Below, one piece after another: positions 60,875 to 64,000 of a stretch of DNA of 64,000 nt. Position 1 is the first letter of the stretch. The number at the start of each line of letters is the position of its first letter. A program made the translations under genes and the position numbers. A model generated the notes under the pieces. It saw nothing but the letters and a program-made list of their open reading frames with translations. It was not told where the DNA came from and searched no databases. The DNA comes from Macrostomum hystrix. Its lineage: Eukaryota; Animalia; Platyhelminthes. Location of the stretch: assembly GCA_950097015.1 (NCBI GenBank), contig CATNEN010000014.1, forward strand, positions 1,116,001-1,180,000, written 5' to 3'.

Positions 60875-62692
60875 ACTGTTTCATAATTTAATTAATAAAA
60901 AACGGTCTAGTAATTGTCAGTTTATTTATTTCCAATAAGAACAGAAGTACAAGTTGAACTGCTGCACAGTTCCTTGTCCCTTGGTCCCCCTTTGATTTTT
61001 TGCACTTGGTCGATTGGTTTTTGCAACTTACCTTGCTTGGCCCTTGTTTCACCTGGACAGTTTGGCCAGGTCGGCTGGGTGTTGCACATGTATGATCTTA
61101 CATATGAATTTTTATAACACATACAGAATAGGCCTATGTATTGGTTCATCAAAATTTATGTAGCTAATTAGGTCAACAATCTATTACTATTAGCTAAATA
61201 AAAAAGGAAGTGCTTATTCCCACGGTCCCGTGCCGATAATTTCAATTTTATCCACACGGATCCGTGCCGATAATTTTCTGCTTATCCACACGGCAGCTTG
61301 TATGAATAGGTCTACTTTCAAGTCCCTACGTACCTATTCTAATTCTTCTCTGAGCATAAGGCTTTTGCTTCAGAGTTTAGTGTATAGTGTACACTATCAA
61401 TGAATAGTGTAAAATAATAACAATGATGTATAATGTGTGACAAGTTTGGTGCTGACTAGAATTCTGCTGGTTGACTCGTATGATTTTCTTTGATAGACTT
61501 TTTACTCTTTAAGTCAATACAATTTGAATGAAAACACGTAACGATGACAAAAGATTTAGTAAGTTGTTATTAAAATAATTAAAAAGGATGACATTAATGT
61601 CAGTTAATTAATGTGTAGGTCGAAATGTAGAACACTGTCGTAACACACTGGCAACTTTGTCGATCTATTGGCTCGAGGGTTCAACAAAACGTTCAAATCT
61701 GAAAGGGCCTCGTTTCAAAGAACAGAACCGTGTGGATAAAATTGAAATTAACGGCACGGCATATATAAAGAGTTGTAGACCTATTTATACAAGCTGCCGT
61801 GTGGATAAGCAGAAAATTATCGGCACGGATCCGTGTGGATAAAATTGAAATTATCGGCACGGGACCGTGGGAATAAGCTCTGCCCACCCGACGGCAGAGG
61901 TCTAGACGGGGGAAAAGCTTATAATATCTCTCGTCTAGCCTGGAAAAAGCTTGTCTGCTTTTGCTAAGCCAACAGATCTACGATCGTAAGGCAATTGCCT
62001 TGTAATCGTAAGGCACTTGTAATCAATATCTGCTGTACGTAAAAACTACTTACTTTTTTAAAGAGCCATATAAAATGAAATCAGCTTTTCTGAACTTCCC
62101 TTAATTATCGTGTAGATAAAGTTTCTGTCACCAAGTCGCCGAAAGTTTCTTGGAAATTGATATAACGTGACGCACCGATTTAACTAAATGCCTTAAAACC
62201 GTCATCCATTTAGTGCAAATTATTCATAGGTCTAGAGAAACAGTTACGTATGCATTATATTTAAAGCATAAAGCTAGTTTGCTCGTTTGTTAAAAAGTAG
62301 TAATTATATTCATAAGAGATAGCTATTATAGTTAGATATCTAGATATAGTCAAAATCCTAAGATTCCTAGCCCTACTTTCTTATGCCAATTTGTTAGACA
62401 GCTAAATGTACCTATAAGCTATTTTGCTACATTTTAATAATATTCAATGTTTTTTACTTACCCAGTTAAAATAATTGACTATGAATTGAATTTGCTTAGT
62501 CTCTTAAAGCTCTGTATATTTTTTACTTGTAGGCTGTAGAAGCTCTAAGCTATATACCATAACAGTATAATGTATAATAAATAGCAAGAAAAAACTGTTT
62601 CATAATTTAATTAGCCTAATAAAAAACGGTCTAGTAATTGTCAGTTTATTTATTTCCAATAAAAACAGAAGTACAAGTTGAACTGCTGCACA
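60875..62692. repeat. Dispersed ~95-bp direct repeat pair (60875-60968 and 62594-62692)
   Basis: ACTGTTTCATAATTTAATT..AATAAAAAACGGTCTAGTAATTGTCAGTTTATTTATTTCCAATAA(G/A)AACAGAAGTACAAGTTGAACTGCTGCACA is present twice, differing by a short insertion and one substitution. Confidence 0.85.
61212..61878. mobile_element. MITE / non-autonomous DNA transposon with 104-bp TIRs (61212-61315 and 61775-61878)
   Basis: TIRs match at 103 of 104 positions and contain internal subrepeats (GTGCCGATAATT..TTATCCACACGG). A third partial subrepeat sits at ~61727-61758. The interior is AT-rich and non-coding. No TSD recognised. Confidence 0.85.
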
Positions 62693-62876
62693 ATACTTAT
62701 TATTATATAACTTGCATGTTGCAACTCAAGGATAGTAAATGTGAATAAAGTGTAGCTAGAAAACTAAATTTAAATATTTAGCATCATAACATTTTTGCTA
62801 TTGCTTTTACTATTGAAAATAAGTATTCTCATTTTAGTAAGAATTTTTGTTTCATGTAATTTTCATTTGTAAAGAA

Positions 62877-63509
62877 ATGGCAGTCTCAGAAGAGGAGCTC
62901 TCAGAAATCTTCACAGAGCTATGGGATGTGGATGATAATCGCTGCTTGCATGGCAAAGACTATGAGCTCAACCTTCAGGGTGAGTTGTTAATCCCAAAGA
63001 TAAGTTACAGGCATATCTTGGTTTTAAGACCATTACACATTCTAATAGCAGCCACACCAACCAACAATATAATGTCAAATTTCAATAGATCAAAAAGCAT
63101 GAATCTATGAAATTCATGCATCTATGAAATCTATGGGAATATCACATGAAGTCTATGGGAATCTGCATATGAAGTCTATGGGAATATGCACATGAAGTCT
63201 ATGGGAATATGCACATGAAGTCTATGGGAATCTACATATGAAGTCTATGGGAATCTGCATATGAAGTCTATGGGAATCTGCATATGAAGTCTATGGGAAT
63301 CTGCATATGAAATCTATGGGAATCTGCATACGAAGTCTATGGGAATCTGCATGACAAATCTCAGAATCTGCTACTGAAAAATGTTGCACTGTTTTGATCC
63401 ACTTGCCCAGCCTCTCTGCGCTACTCCGATGGCGATGCTGACAGATCTGCTGAGCCGCTGTTTCTCCAGCTTGACGAGGAGCAGATTTTATCTCGGCCTA
63501 CTTACCGGG
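62877..63509 (+). CDS. ENDOU: Poly(U)-specific endoribonuclease EndoU/XendoU, 5' part; exons 62877-62979 and 63411-63509, continuing beyond the window
   Basis: MAVSEEELSEIFTELWDVDDNRCLHGKDYELNLQ|ASLRYSDGDADRSAEPLFLQLDEEQILSRPTYR aligns by eye with XendoU ELSKLFNELWDADQNR..GKDYRISLQG..DSASFPLFQFVDEEKLKSRKTF. Both donors are GTGAGT, phase 1. Confidence 0.88.
63120..63350. repeat. 23-bp minisatellite ATGAAGTCTATGGGAATCTGCAT in EndoU intron 1
   Basis: About 10 tandem units. Confidence 0.9.
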
Positions 63510-63749
63510 GTGAGTTGGCCATGAGCTTCTGAATGGCGTCCTAACTTTAATTATGAGTATGCTGAATGGAATATTCAGGTTTCTGACCGATGGACTCCAA
63601 TGGATTCCGATCTAGCAAAGCTAGGCTTATCAGAATTACGGGGTTTTCAGGATTTGGGGTTGGCATTCAAAATTCTTCCGTTAGACTTCTGGGATTTTTA
63701 GTAAAAAAATAGAGTTCTTTGTGTGGATTTAGGAGATTTTCAGTTAGGA

Positions 63750-64000
63750 ATTCGGAGACTTTCGGTTTGGAATTCGGAGACTTTCGGTTTGGAATTCGGA
63801 GACTTTCAGTTTGGAATTCGGAGACTTTCAGTTTGGAATTCGGAGACTTTCGGTTTGGAATTCGGAGACTTTCGGTTTGGAATTCGGAGACTTTCGGTTT
63901 GGAATTCGGAGACTTTCGGTTTGGAATTCGGAGACTTTCAGTTTGGAATTCGGAGACTTTCGGTTTGGAATTCGGAGACTTTCGGTTTGGAATTCGGAGA
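63750..64000. repeat. 22-bp minisatellite GGAATTCGGAGACTTTC(G/A)GTTT in EndoU intron 2 (runs off the window)
   Basis: At least 11 tandem units. Confidence 0.93.

Noticed and set aside
61241-61810. TTATCCACA (bacterial DnaA-box consensus) repeated in the MITE ends
   Set aside because: The context is eukaryotic. The motif is part of TIR subrepeats and the match is most likely coincidental.

Overview
Eukaryotic (metazoan) genomic DNA. GC-rich short exons, AT-rich spacers and many introns filled with 16-36 bp minisatellites suggest a flatworm such as Macrostomum (inference only). Reading splice sites by eye gives these gene models: a PTB+SH2 adaptor (3' part, EGFRAP/SH2D5-like), a type I membrane C-type lectin, ZNHIT1, a FAM120 family gene, NUDT9, a minimal astacin protease (minus strand), an unresolved multi-pass membrane protein, a 3-exon neuropeptide precursor with 8 copies of MSEFVamide, a divergent SLC15/POT transporter (minus strand) and the 5' part of EndoU. 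Mobile DNA includes a decayed Tc1 (DD34E) element with TIRs and TA target sites, a Merlin-like transposase relic, two MITE-like elements and a tRNA-derived SINE-like insert. About 28 tandem arrays account for nearly all long ORFs in the ORF track, which I treat as artefacts. The best leads are (1) the MSEFVamide precursor, which resembles EFLamide/TRH-type peptides and whose copies were expanded as a coding minisatellite, (2) minisatellite units shared between separate introns, some supplying the branch point, (3) an operon-like ZNHIT1-FAM120 pair, and (4) a POT transporter lacking the ExxER proton-coupling motif. No databases or programs were run. Family calls rest on remembered motifs, and repeat boundaries are approximate.
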